From the NCBI RefSeq assembly GCF_038025025.1, contig NW_027117353.1:496001-560000 (forward strand): 64,000 nt of DNA, in the 5' to 3' direction. A program made the translations under genes and the position numbers. Below, piece by piece: positions 12,701-25,437 of the stretch (within the stretch, counting starts at the first letter, position 1; every line of letters begins with the position of its first letter). The DNA comes from Phyllosticta citribraziliensis. Taxonomy: Eukaryota. The notes below the pieces were generated by a model. It saw only the letters and a program-made list of their open reading frames with translations. It was not told the origin of the DNA and ran no database searches.

Positions 12701-15700
12701 GGTTAGTGTTGTGTACTACTGCGCGTAGGTGTCCTTCTAGCAGCGCTGGTGGGTGGTGGTCCTTGTTCTTGGTCCTTGGTTGCGTTGACGTGTTAGGACG
12801 AGGTGAGGTGAGAGGCACTATCCATGTCGTAGTGTAGCACTCAAAGAGAAGGAGAGAAAGAGACGGGACACAGAGGGAAAAATCAGGTGCAAGACACGAG
12901 CAGCAACAAAAGACCAACAGGGGAGAAAGCGCGAAGAGCAGCAAAAACGCAGTCTCGCACCGAGAAGCAGCGCAGCCTTGTCGAACGGCCGATCTGATGA
13001 CCGAGTGGAGGGCTGTCCTTCTCGTCTGTTGACCACGCCCAGTGCTCTCGCCTTCATTCCTTCAACGCCGCCGCTCCGCTCCCGTCGACTCCAATCGCTT
13101 CTCGTTCTCCTGAACTACAACGACAATGACAACCCCGACGACGACCGGACAAGAGCGCCAGAGAAAGGATCCGCGGCACCATCATTAGACACTCACTCCA
13201 CTCACTCCACTCTCTCCACGAAGCGGCAAAGCAGCAGTTCAGCGCCGAGTCGTATATGCCTCAAAAAACCACTTAGCACAACACGCCTTCAGTCGCCGCC
13301 CAACGGACGTAGCGAAAATCTCTGAGCCGCGGCGCGTGACGCCCGAGTCAGAGACACGATGGTAGACGGCGGCGGCGGCGGTCGTAAACAACAGCTAGAG
13401 CCGTCTCGACGGACGTAGCGTCTGTGACTGAGCCGAGTCACACGGCGCGGTTGCGTCGAGCATGTCATAGACTTACCTCCAGACGCGCCAAATGGCCTGA
13501 CGGCGTTGAGAGGGCCGAGGCAGCCACCACGCCAAGCCATGCCATGCACGAGGGGAGTGGAGGAAGGAAGGATGAAGGGATGGAAGAAGAAAGGAGCATG
13601 CTCTCGGCACGCCAGGGGGTCAAGGGGTAACACGCCCACGCCTCCTCCTGTCTGCGAGGGGGTGGAGGGGCAACGGCAACACACGATGTTAGGTTTGGAT
13701 GGTTGTGACCGGAGACTTTTCCGTCTGCTACGCCGCGCAGATCGCTCAACCGTGCTCCTCCTCCCACGGCGTCAAGCCGATTCGGCGAAGTTGGGAGGCC
13801 AACAACGGTGATGTTGGTGATGGCTTCACCGCCGCCACCACCGTCCCCGGATTTGCGTACCTGGGCGATGCGATGGCCGCCCGGGCGCCCGATCTGAGGC
13901 GCCGGTCAAGACGAGGGCGCATCGCGCCGGGAGGGACAGGCCATGGCAGGGCAGGGCGGGCACGACCCTTCTTCCTGCTGTGCCCTGCAGCGGCAGAAGA
14001 AGAGGGCGAAAGCGAAAACAAAATTACCCCTGTGCCCCTGACGCAGCAGGAACAACAAAAGAAAAACACGATGGCCGGAAGGGGAAAGTGGTTGGCCGCG
14101 TTTTGGGAGTGGTGCCGGCGCGTTGGGTCTGCTTCGACACCGCCATGATTACTGAACCTCTGATGCATTTGCTTGCTGATGGAGAGATTTGCGGCCACAG
14201 AGATGGGTGATGATGGGCGGACGGACGGACGAGCGGATTTGTGAGAAACTGGCTCACGCTCGCTGGCTGGCTCGCTGGCTGGCTGGGTGCGCTGATGACT
14301 TGACTGACTTGGTGCCAGCAGGCCGATTGACTCGCTGCGCCCCACGATCTACAGTCGTGCGTGAATCCTGCTCAGCGGCCGGCGTTGCGCCGTTCGTTAC
14401 GTTGTCGTTCGTACCGACACGTCCGTCCCGCCATTCGTTGTCCTGCAGCAGACGGACGGGATGGAAAAAGAGCGTTGGAGCACGCACGCCATGTGTCAAC
14501 GCCCGCCGGACAAAAAGTCTACCCATGGCCTGGTAACAGGCTAGGATCCGACTCGTTGGCATGTCTGCCAGGCACAGACTTTCAGGATCCATGATTGGCA
14601 TGACGCGTCTGGACAGAGGGGACGGGTTGGCAACGACCAGACGCAGGGTAGGGCGAGCATGGGATGAGCAGTGAGCAAGCTCGCGGCGTGCCTGAACTCT
14701 GGTCTCGCGGCGAACCAGCCGGCGGCGAGGAGGAGCGTCATGGGCGTCGACTGGCGGTGGTACTCTCGAGTGGATTACCCCGACGACGACGGGTCTGAAG
14801 GGGTGGGAGTGTGCCTTGGGGGAGCCCCTGGTCCCGGACAGGCGTGGTGGTCGCTTCCTGATTGGGAGGCGGACGGGACTCTTTTGGTGGGAGAAGATGG
14901 GATGATGCCGGATGTCAGAGGGCGCTTGGACGTGATCGGAAATCGGATCAAGTTGCAATCAAGATTGGCGGTGGGGAGCAGGGCAAGCATGTGCCTGGTC
15001 GGGCGGCGCGAGTTTAAATTTTTCCCGGGATTTTCGACACCAGAAACAGATGACGTCGGGGGCGGGTCTGGGGGGCTGTTCTGTGCTGGCGTTCTCCATT
15101 CCGAGAAACACGATAGGCGGGCCTGGTGGCAGAGGAAAGGAAAACGGGCGGTGGCCGGGGGCGTGGTGTTGCGGATACGGCGGATCGCGTTGGATCTATT
15201 TCGCTTGTCAGCCAGGGCCGGCAAAGCATGGGAGGGCAATCTGAAACGCAATGGCCATTCTGGGAGAGAATAAGGTTGTGGTGGTGGTGGGTAATGCTGA
15301 GCAAGCCGGAGGGACGACCAAAGGAGAAGTGGACCGAGTCGAGGTGAGTCGAGGTGAGTCGAGGTGATGAAGGACAGCTAGAAAGTGTCAGATCCAACGG
15401 CCATGCCATGTGCCCTGTGCAGACATATGCACTCCCGCATTCCTTCAAGACACACGTGTCGCTTCAAAGATGAAGCACATTGGCCGGTCTGTCTGTCTGG
15501 CTGTGGTCGGGTGGGTGTCTTGGGTGTCTTGGGTGTCTTGTGGGAGAACTGGGAGCGGACCTGAGGCTGCGGGCATGCCATCACATCTCCCTCCCTCCAC
15601 TCCAGCCCTGCCACTTGGTCCGCTGCCATCTCCCGATCCCATCTATCGCCGCTCATCTCATCGAGGCACCTTGACCTAATTATCCCCGTCCCCTCCACCT

Positions 15701-16045
15701 GCTCAGATAAAAATTGCTTTGCGTCCACCCGCTCCCAAATCTGGCCTCTGATCACGGGACTCGCTCGACTCGACTTCACCCACGCCATCTCGCTCCTCCA
15801 TCTCACGACCACTCCTTCACCACGGCCGTCTTCCTCTGCGCCCTCGCCCTCGCCCTTGCCATCGTCCTCGCCCGCGCCGTCGCCTTGCCTCGCCTTGCCT
15901 CGCCTTGCCTCGCCTTGCCTCCCTTGCCCGCTGCCCCCGCCCAGGCAGCGCGGGCACTACATCAGCGCCTCATCGTCGCCGTCTGGCCTGGTTGCACTCT
16001 GCGGGTCGCGACAGCTAGCCTTGGTGCACGACGCCGACCAAGCCA

Positions 16046-17778
16046 ATGGACACAACCGCCCGCAAGACGTACGTCTAATGTTTGCACCCCGCCTGACACG
16101 CCTCTAACCAGCCTGCAGCGGCCTCTTGCCCTCGATTGCTCAAATGGACAGCGAAAAGGCCCGGCGCGATGAGGCCGACTTTCATCGAAAACACTCGGTT
16201 GCCGCCATGGTCAGCCCGTCGTCGCCATACACACACCCGCCGCCGCCGCCCTACGCTCGCCACCCTCCGAATGCCACGGCTCCTCCACCCAGCCTGGCCG
16301 GCCTCGTCTCGCCTCCCGATTCGCGCCGCACCTCTGGCGACGAGCAGGAACAAAAGCCCGCTCCCGTGAGGCAGTCTCTGCCCTCCATCCACGAGGCCTT
16401 GGGTTCTGACCAGCCCATGGTCTACCCGCACACCTCGGCCCCGCCGCCTGCTTCTCACTTTTATCCTCCTCCACCTCCGCCCTCGGTCACCTCCCACCAC
16501 GATCCTGGACGACGACCTTTTCAAGAATCTCCCGCTCACTTTGCTGCTCCGCCCCCACCACCCCCACCACGAAGCCCGTTTGTGAAGCCTCCGCAACCGC
16601 CATATTCGGCACCTTACCAGGAACCACCGCGGCCCGCCTTGATTTCACAAAACCCAAGCCTGTCCACCCTCCACCCGCTACGTACGGAACCCTCACCAGT
16701 GAATGGCTCGCGACCGCCGGCAAACCACCACTACCAGTCCCTCGCCCCGTACGATCAAAACCCACCAACCTCTGGTCCGCCGCCGCAGTCGCAGCAGCAG
16801 CAGCAACAACAACCTTTTGGCTATACAACGTATCCAGCGTCACATCCCTACTCAGCCCCTCCACCGCCTCCACCGCCTTCGAATCACGGCGCACCTCCGT
16901 ACCCCGCTCCAGGCCCTGGCTATGCGACTCCTCGCCCCTACCCCCCAACCTGGAGATCTGACGGTGCCGAAGTGAGGCGAGCAGAGGAAAGCAAAAGAGC
17001 AGGACGTAATGCTGGGCCGGCCATGTTTGGCGAGTCGGTCAAGCGGCACTTGGACAACTTTGACTTTGAGGCATCTTTAAATGAAGTAGGTTTTGCAGCG
17101 CCACAGAGTAAAACAAGCTAACAGACGTAGATTGCCGAGGGCACCGGACGTCTAAACGAGTTTCTCAGAGTTTACGGTCAGCGCGCTCACCAGGCCCAGC
17201 GTACAGGGCCTGTCCCTGGATCGACGCCTCCAATCCAGGAGGTCGACGACATGATGAAGCAAGGCCACCGCATCGTCGACTCGTTGGTACGCATCCGCGA
17301 GGTGGTGCTTACGACACAACAGAACCAGGTCCCAGAGCAACCACAGGACCCGCGGTTCAAGGCGACAAACGGCTTTGACGCTGAAGAGTCCAGTCAGTAC
17401 GGGGAGGACACCAAGGGCGCAGGGGGCTTTGCGGGCGGCGATTCCAAGAAACGCAGAGGCGTACGTTTTTCTGAAACCGGAATAATGTCGTGGGTCGACG
17501 CTGACTTGTCTTGCAGCGAGCTGCGCCCCCAGGCCGATGTCACAGCTGTAATCGAGCGGAAACCCCAGAGTGGCGGAGGGGTCCAGATGGCGCACGCACC
17601 TTGTGCAACGCCTGCGGCCTGCGTAAGTGTCCCCATCAAGCCAAATGACGACAGAAACTCACGCCCGGCAGACTACGCCAAACTCACACGCAAAATGGGA
17701 GCCAACGCCAACAAGGCGCCCATTGGCAGCTCCAACCTGCGACCGAAATCGCTTGGACCTGGATCGCCCCCAGCATAG
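16046..17778 (+). CDS. nsdD: GATA zinc-finger developmental regulator, NsdD/SUB-1/Pro44 family
   Basis: Exons 16046-16068, 16119-17085, 17131-17460, 17517-17622 and 17672-17778. The spliced product contains RQSLPSIHEAL, FGESVKRHLD and the finger [36 protein letters not shown]. The first exon is less certain (alternative start 16144). Confidence 0.92.
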
Positions 17779-17789
17779 AGCAAGCCTTG

Positions 17790-18385
17790 GCCGTTCTCTC
17801 GCCAGGACGGGAAATGCTTTCGGAGGCGAGGCCGCGGATCCAGCAGCACGGAAGCCCAAATTTGCTTTTTCCCCCCACTGGCGGGAGAGCCATTTTGCGC
17901 CGGGAACCCTCGTCGCTTGCGCACGCGCGACTGACGCTGCCGGTTCCCAAGAGCGTAGCCCTTGACGAGATTGCGCCGTTGCACCAAATCTTGTCGCACC
18001 CCGGCCCTCTGTCTCCACCACGCTAGCGGTTCCAAAACGGAACTGCCCTGCAGATGGCCGCTTCGGGTGCAGATGAGGCGAGCAAGCGATTGTGCGTCAT
18101 GGGTTGCAAAACCACCAGCATGGCCGGTAGCACTCGAAGCAGCGTGCGCGGCTATTTTTGCAAGTAGCTCGCCGGCACGCCTCCCCTGCATGGTGTTGGT
18201 TGTCTTTCGACCTGCCTCTTCGCAGGGTTGCGCGATATCTTTGCTGCCGCTGCTAAGTGCAGCCGCCGCTTGGCCGTTTCGCGCACAGAGCGACGACTCG
18301 CGCCAAGCGTGACCAAGATCCCCAGATTCGGTCGGGGCCGAGCGCGAAAGCGAAGCGAAAGTGAATCGAAAAGCTTCGCGGTACT
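17790..18385 (+). other. Putative structured RNA element in the nsdD 3' UTR
   Basis: Consecutive stems read by eye, e.g. a 13-bp stem 17793-17805/17878-17890 and an 8-bp perfect stem CGCTTGGC/GCCAAGCG. TATGTA-rich 3'-end-like signals lie further on at ~18720-18745. Confidence 0.4.
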
Positions 18386-19572
18386 TTTGCCATCACAAAC
18401 CTACCTTCTTTCTGTTCCAAAAGTTGTCGAAATTCAAATGGGGAAGTGAAGAGCCATGACATGGGATCGCGGGAGTTTGGGAGGGGCATTTTGAAAGGGT
18501 AATACTGGCAAGCAGTTTGCTTGTTTAGCGCCTGCCGCCCTATCATTCGAGGACTGGGCCGTTCTGTTGGTTGTCTGCGAATCGCGCGCGCAAGCAACCT
18601 TTTTCTCTTTTCTTTCCATCCAACCTGACTTGATGCGCAGCGTGCGTACTGCACTGCGTCTTTATCGTAGATACCCCCCCTCGTTTATCTAGCTACCCAG
18701 CTAGCCAGCTGTTGGCTCGTATGTATATCTGTATGTATGTACATGATGTAGACAAATCTTGTTATGTTTGCATGTCAACGTGTGGGAACTCGTGGTTAAT
18801 TTACCTCGTCTTCCTCTATACTTCCAACCCTATTGCGAAGCAGGGAACTAGTCGGGTGAGACAGGTAGACGATGAGAGTATTAAAGCCCCGGCCTGTATA
18901 TAATCTAGCCTAGCCCTATCGTACTTGGATACGGAACCCACCGCACCTTGGGCTGCGACACGTGGGTTGGGAGCGGCGGACGGAACGACGGTGACGGGCC
19001 GGGCACTAACGGCGGCAGCAGCGGCGGCGGGATCGGCCCGTGTTAGGAACCAAAGTAGGTACCTTGCCTCACTACCATGGAAGGAAGCCTTGGTAGGTAC
19101 TGTAGGCAATGCACACCTACTATGCCTACTCTTTTTTTGCATGAATGAATGCAGGATGGCAGTGCTGATGCCGATGCTGATGCCAACAAGCTGACGGACG
19201 GATGGGAGCACGAGGGCGACACCACGCCACGCCATGGCCATGGCCGCAACAACACTGACTGGCGAAGAACGAAAGGAATGGATGGATGGATGGAAGCATA
19301 CTCTCCATCCAACTGCCCTACCATGCCACATGCCACCACGCGCTAACCAAGAGGCGGCGTGCGTGTGCGTCCCTCCGTCCCTCTCCCTGCGTCCAGTGCC
19401 CGTGGGTAGCTCGACGCTGTCTCGCCTAAGTTTGCCGCTTTTGGCATGGTTCAGATCTGGGTTGCGGATCGCTGGGGTGCATGAATCTTGGTTCGTAAGG
19501 TTCGTTGCCAAATCGTCGAGGGGAGATGCAATCTGGTGGCACCAACTGGTTGATGAGCTAACTACTAGCTGT

Positions 19573-19593
19573 GGGGGGGGGGGGGGGGGGGGG
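19573..19593 (+). repeat. Poly-G tract (G21)
   Basis: Direct reading of the sequence. Confidence 0.9.
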
Positions 19594-21466
19594 CAGGGCG
19601 GCGTGGAACAGGACAGGACCCCCCCTAGACTGCTGGGCTGGGCTGGCCAGGCTGGCGCTAGGGAGGGAGAGGTTAGAGTGACACGACACGATGCGATACG
19701 ACGAGCTAGCAGAGAACCCTTGACTGGGGCTCGATACGAATTGGACTGGACTGTGCCAAAGTATTTGCGGAAAAAGCAAAAAGCGAGAATCACTCGAGGA
19801 GGAAGAGGAGAAGAAAAGGGGAAGAGGGCTAAGCTACCTTGAGCAGCGAAGAATAGTTCACGTCATGGCTTCCCCGTCGTGCTTTTGCTTCTGGCGCTCT
19901 GCGACACACGAGGCAGATATTTAGACGGCCTGCGACAAAAAAACAAGGGCAGTCAACACTTGACTGGATGGAGACGTGGATAAAAATAAAAGAGAACAGA
20001 ACAAAAAAAAGGGACCACACGACAAACTCGCGTATCTGACTGACTGCCACCTCACCTGCATCATCCACTCACAGCGTCCAGCGCGCGCCCCACCAACACA
20101 TTCCTAATCCATCTTTCCCCGCTGCTGCCCGCCCCGGCTGCATCGCATCGCATCGCATCGCATTGCATTTGTGGCACCACCGCATCGGCATATCGCGCAT
20201 CTCATCTCATCTCTCTCTGTCTGTCTGTCTGGCCCTTTGTTTCTCCAGTTTTTCCTCTGCTCGCCTACCCCTCCCCTTCCAGTCGCCTCGTCGACGTCAT
20301 GCTTCGCTACCGACCGTTCGGTCGTCTCGGCCCCCACCCATCTCATTACACCAGAGGGACGACCTCTCTGCTTCGACCGTTGGAGACTTTTTTTTTTAAT
20401 CAAGGAGCTTGTGTACTGCACCACGGCACCACACGACGATGACAGCCATCTGCGCTCCGACCCGGCCAGGTTGAGGCTACCTCTTGTCCGCTGTCCGCTC
20501 TGGAACCCCCAAAGCACGCGCCGCAGTGTTTGCATCGCCTGTCTTTTGGGCTCTCTGAGGTACCGACTGGACGACTGCTACATCCAGATGACTTACAGTC
20601 CTTAGCTTCGCATTGGCTGGAAAAGAATACCCGCGCGCGCACACACACACACACTGCACCCTGGCCGCGCGCGCGTCCAGAGCCAACCCGCAGAGATCTG
20701 GGGGGCTACCACCTCGTTCGCTCGCTCGCTCGCTCGCTCCCGTCGCCTACTGCTGCTGCGTGCCAAACGCCCACTATTCGACTCGCCCATGCCATGCCAT
20801 GTCGTACCACCTCACCTCACCTTTTCTGGCTGGGCTGGACCCCGTGAGAAGACCCGCTCGCTGGACGAGCGGCGGCACATGCCGACCACCTGCCTGCCCG
20901 CCTGCCCGCTCGCTCGTCTCGCTCACGCGCCTGACAGTGGACTGAGCGGATCGGCCGCCATGCAGTGCGTGCGTGCGTGCGTGCGTGCGGGTGGTGTGGG
21001 CAAGGTGGGTGGGTAGGCACGCGGCCCTGCAGATTACGGTACTTGAGGGGCTGCCGATGGCCGCCCAGATGCGATGAGATGAGACGTGATGAGACGAAAC
21101 GCGACAAGCCGCCGACCGACCAACCGCCCAACCGCCCGGGCCTGGTTGCCACAATAAAGAAAACAACCACACCACCTCCACACTGAGGAGACGAACGAGC
21201 GAGGACGAGGCATGAGGCAGATCCGTGGCAAAGGTACTGTACGTAAGAGCATAAGAGCAGTAAAAGTAGGCTCATGACAGGGCGTGGCATGATCTGCGCC
21301 GTAGGGTAGGGTAGCGTAGGGTAGCGTAGCGTAGGAAGCTTCTCCGGGTTGCCCGACATTGGCTGGCGCTGCTACTTCGGCAGTCCTCTTTCCACTTTCC
21401 TTTTCGCTGTTTTGCTCTGCTTTTGATCGTCGTCGTGGTCCGGCTTGTCGGGTTGCGGCTTTTGGG

Positions 21467-21469
<3 letters not shown>

Positions 21470-21497
<28 letters not shown>
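21470..21497 (+). repeat. (AG)n microsatellite
   Basis: Direct reading; one of many short tandem repeats in 9-16 kb and 18.7-25.3 kb. Confidence 0.9.
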
Positions 21498-21500
<3 letters not shown>

Positions 21501-24500
21501 GAGAGGCTCCGGAAATCTTGAAACACGGTGAAACGAAACGACCGCGGACGGGCGACATCCTGGGAAAGGCACATTTTGGCCATGGACATGCCTTGTTGTA
21601 TGTTTGCTGGCAGAGAGAGAGGCAGCAGGGGAGGTGACGAAAAAAGGTTTCCAGGGGGAAAGAGGAGGAGGAGTTCGGGGCTCGGAACCTCTCTCTCTGT
21701 GTGTGTCTCAGTCTCACAGTGTTGGTTGCGGATGGCGACGGATGGATGGAATGGTCAGCGCTGGCTTGCCTGGGGCACAGCAGTTGGATGATTGACGGCG
21801 GCACAGACAGACATGCGTCGATTATTCTCACCACCGCACCGCACCAACGGAACGAGACGATCTCTTCTCGTCCATGTACTGTCACAGCAGCAGCCACATC
21901 TTCGCAAAAGGACAGCCGATGCACGCATGCACGCTCGCACAAGTCAGACAGACAGACAGCCGTTTTTCCCGCTGCCCGCTGCCTGCCTGCGCCGCCACCA
22001 ACAACACGATGTTGATCCTGATCCTGATCCCGACCCTGACCCTGACTGGATCTGATCTGCCTTGCCCGGACGCAGCCGCCGAGGCATCTACATACGTCCA
22101 CACCCACATCCACCCACCCACCCATCTACGTACTTACATACATGCTCAAGAAGAAGCATACGCGAGTGCGCAGCGGCAGGGCAAGGCAAGGCAGCCTTGC
22201 CAGCTGCCAACCGGCTACACCAAAGCGGCGGGCATGCATACATGTCGCCAACTAGGCGTTTTGCGGACAAGCAAGCCATGTGTGCATATGTGGTCGACGG
22301 AAGGCCCGACGTTTTTCTCGATAAGCATATCTGGCCATTATGCGCGCATGCGAGCGTGTACCGTACTGCCTGGTAGACCGGGTCAAAACTCCGCTGCCCT
22401 TCGTCTGTCGACACACCGCCGCCTCCTCCTTGTTCCTATTCATACTCACGTCGAAGGAAAGGAAGCTTTTGTTTCTGTGTGTGCGTGCTACACACTACGT
22501 ACGCCTGCAATTACTAACATGGACCGCTGCTGTTGGTGTTGGTGTTGAGACAGGCGGCCAGCCCTCTACTTGTATGGATCACCTAGGTATCTCAATACCT
22601 TGGTGACTACTACTGCCTCCTCCCTCGATGAGATGAGACGAGACGACGGAAACAAACACTGGATCTGACCTCGTATAGGACTACGACTGACGCGCCGCAC
22701 GCCCACCCCTTCCTGTGCCCTCGTCCCCCTTCTCCTACGCACGCCACCGCCTTCCACGAGCCACGCACCAGCCAACCACGCCCGCTCGATCTCCGCCCAT
22801 CTGACCCGCTCCACCGGCGTCGTGCGCATCGAGCGCCTGTGCTCTGCGCTCGCTTGTCTGTCCACGCCGTGTACAACGAGCCCTGCGATCCGGTGGGCCG
22901 GGGGTAGGAGTAGGAGGAGTGAGTAGGGACGAGCGCGCACGCACGCACGCACGCACGCACGCTGCTGGCCGGCAAGGGGGGGCGAGGGGGGGCGGCAGTG
23001 TGGCTGGCACGCTGTTGCCGCTTGGATGTTGGATTAGGGAGGTGGGTGCGTGGCGGGCGTTTTGGTTTATTTTCAATCAATCAATCAATCAATCAACCAC
23101 TGCGTGAAAGCAAGATCTGTACGCCTGACTGACGGACGGGTCGGGAGTCGGTGGGGGACCTGCTAGGCGGACAACAAGACGATGATGGCATGCATCACTG
23201 CAGTCCGGCCGGCCTCCGTGTGCAGACTGCGCTGGAAGCTGGAAGCTGGAAGCTGCTCACAAACAAACCATCTTGCATGCGATGAGGTGGGTAGTAGCTG
23301 CTAAGATGCTGACAGGCCCCGCGTCTCCTCATCTCTCTCAACTCTCAGTCTAGTTCTTCTCTCACTCAGTCTCTCACTCACAGTCTCTTACTTAGTCTTT
23401 TCTACTCACTCCGCTCCCTTTTCCTAGCAGCCGACACCAACACCAACACCAGGAGCAAAAGAAACAGAGTCAGCTATAGTCGCCAAGGCTGCCTTGCGCT
23501 TATCTCAGACTGCGCTCCGACCGTTGGCCTGGTCCGATGCCAGCTGGATCTGCCTCCCTCCCTATGTAGGAGTGAGTTCCTGCACACCTTGCCTGCCTCA
23601 CGCAGGATGCACGCACGCACGCACGCACGCATGCATGCGAGTCTGACAAGCGGCCGGAAATGTAGGCGGTCGGTTACGTCCAGTCCAGTCCAGTCCAGTC
23701 GACGCGGGGCGTTTGCGGCTGCTGCTCTCCTCTCATCCGTTCGTCTGCATTGCTGTCTGCATCAGATATAGATACAGTATGTGCATGTGCATGTGCAATG
23801 GTGCCAGAACCACTACACCCCCTTGGCTACCCCTTGGCTTGCCCCTGTCTCTGTCGGCCGGTTTGTCTGGCTGTCTGTCGACTTCTGCACAGCACAGTTC
23901 GGTAGTCCTGCGCTTAAACTACTGACTGACTGACTGAAGAGTCGGATCCGAGCGAGCCGATGTATCGCGCATGCGCTTTCGGTTTGCTTGACTCTGACAG
24001 CTCGGCGGTTGGAAGAGAAAGAAAAGAAAAGAGAAAGGAAAGGAAGGAGTAGGAGGAGGAGGAAGAGGAGAAGGATGAGATGTATGCACGTCATCGCCGG
24101 ACCGGACGAGATGAGACGCAGCCGTTCGTCTACACACCCACCTACCGACATGGGAAGCAGCGCATCATGTGGACGAGCAGCCAACCAACCAGCCAGCCGG
24201 CAAGGAGGGGTTGAAAGTCGATGTTCCTGCTGCTGCTGCTGCTGCTGCTGCCGACGATGAGGAAAGAAGTGATGGTGACGAGGATGATGATAGAATCACT
24301 GCGGCTGCGTGACTGGAAGGGAGTATATGTGTTGACCTTGGCGTCTGTTACTCGTCCTTGTGTTTGCTAACTGCGGTTTACTGCGTCACTACTTTCTTTC
24401 AAGTCGTCTGGGTTGCTGGGTCGGTAAGTCAGTGTATATGAACCTGCCCGCTGCTAGACTAACCGTCTCCCTATAACGTACAGACAGAGAGGTAGGCGTA

Positions 24501-25437
24501 CAGATTATTGGTGCCGTGTTACCTCAGATCTATCTCACCTCCCCTACCTATCTATCCATCCTACAGTACCCGACCGTCCAACCGCATCACCTGCTCCCCC
24601 ACCACCAGCACCACCCCACCACTCCTACGATTATATCATCGCACCATCTCCGGCCCCGCTCCCTGCCCCAGCCCAGAGAGCAGCCACGTCGATCTGAGTC
24701 CATCTCATCGCTACTACTTCTACGTCTCTTCTTCTACATGCCTACACCACACCACACCAAACCAGCGCAAGCCAGCCAGCGAGCTCAACACCACACACAC
24801 CTCTTGTCGTCAGCTCCGCACGCACGCACACACACACAAAGCGGCCGGAAAAACAAACACACAAACACGCAGGATCCGGCGGCCGCAGCTGATCAATATC
24901 GTCCCACGTCCCACGTCCCACGTCGCGCGACAGGCAGGCAGGCAGGCAAGCAGGCGGCATAACGCGCTCACATGCGTCGCTGCATCTGCATCTGCATCGG
25001 CGTCGGTATCTAAAACGACGTTTTGTTGCGCGACCGACGCCCGCCCGACTGCGCTCCTCTTCGCGGTCGGTCTGGCGAAGGCAGTGACCGTGGATAGGCA
25101 CGGCCGACCGACCGACCGACTAACGCCAGCAGCGGGCGGCGGGCGGTGGTGGGCATCGCGACGCTGGACGGCCGGACGGATGGACAGACAGACGGTGGCG
25201 CGTTGTCCTTGAACAGGAGACGAGAAGTGCGTCAAAGGGGGGAAAGGGGATCGACTGCCTGCCTGCCTGCCTGCCTGCCTGCCCGCGTTCACTTAGGCCT
25301 CAAGACACCACCACCATGTAAAGGGACTGGGCTTGACGCTTCGGTAATCTGGTTAGTTGATCTGGTGACTGACTTGCTACCGCTTGGAGTGTTATTCGCG
25401 TGTGACTGAACATATCACAATCTCTCTTCTCCCCGCC

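Noticed and set aside
9000..16000. Many 100-230 aa ORFs in the sre1-nsdD interval (e.g. 14254-14958, 14671-15273)
   Set aside because: Mostly non-ATG starts, microsatellite-derived low complexity and no domain motifs; typical of GC-rich non-coding DNA.
17790..18500. Telomerase RNA, RNase P/MRP or SRP RNA as the identity of the structured region
   Set aside because: No TAACCCTAA-type template, P4/CR-V consensus or SRP helix-8 motif could be recognised by eye.
18816..25212. Long ORFs 18816-19793, 21034-22125 and 24508-25212
   Set aside because: Translate simple repeats, have no recognisable protein features and lack the codon bias of real genes here.
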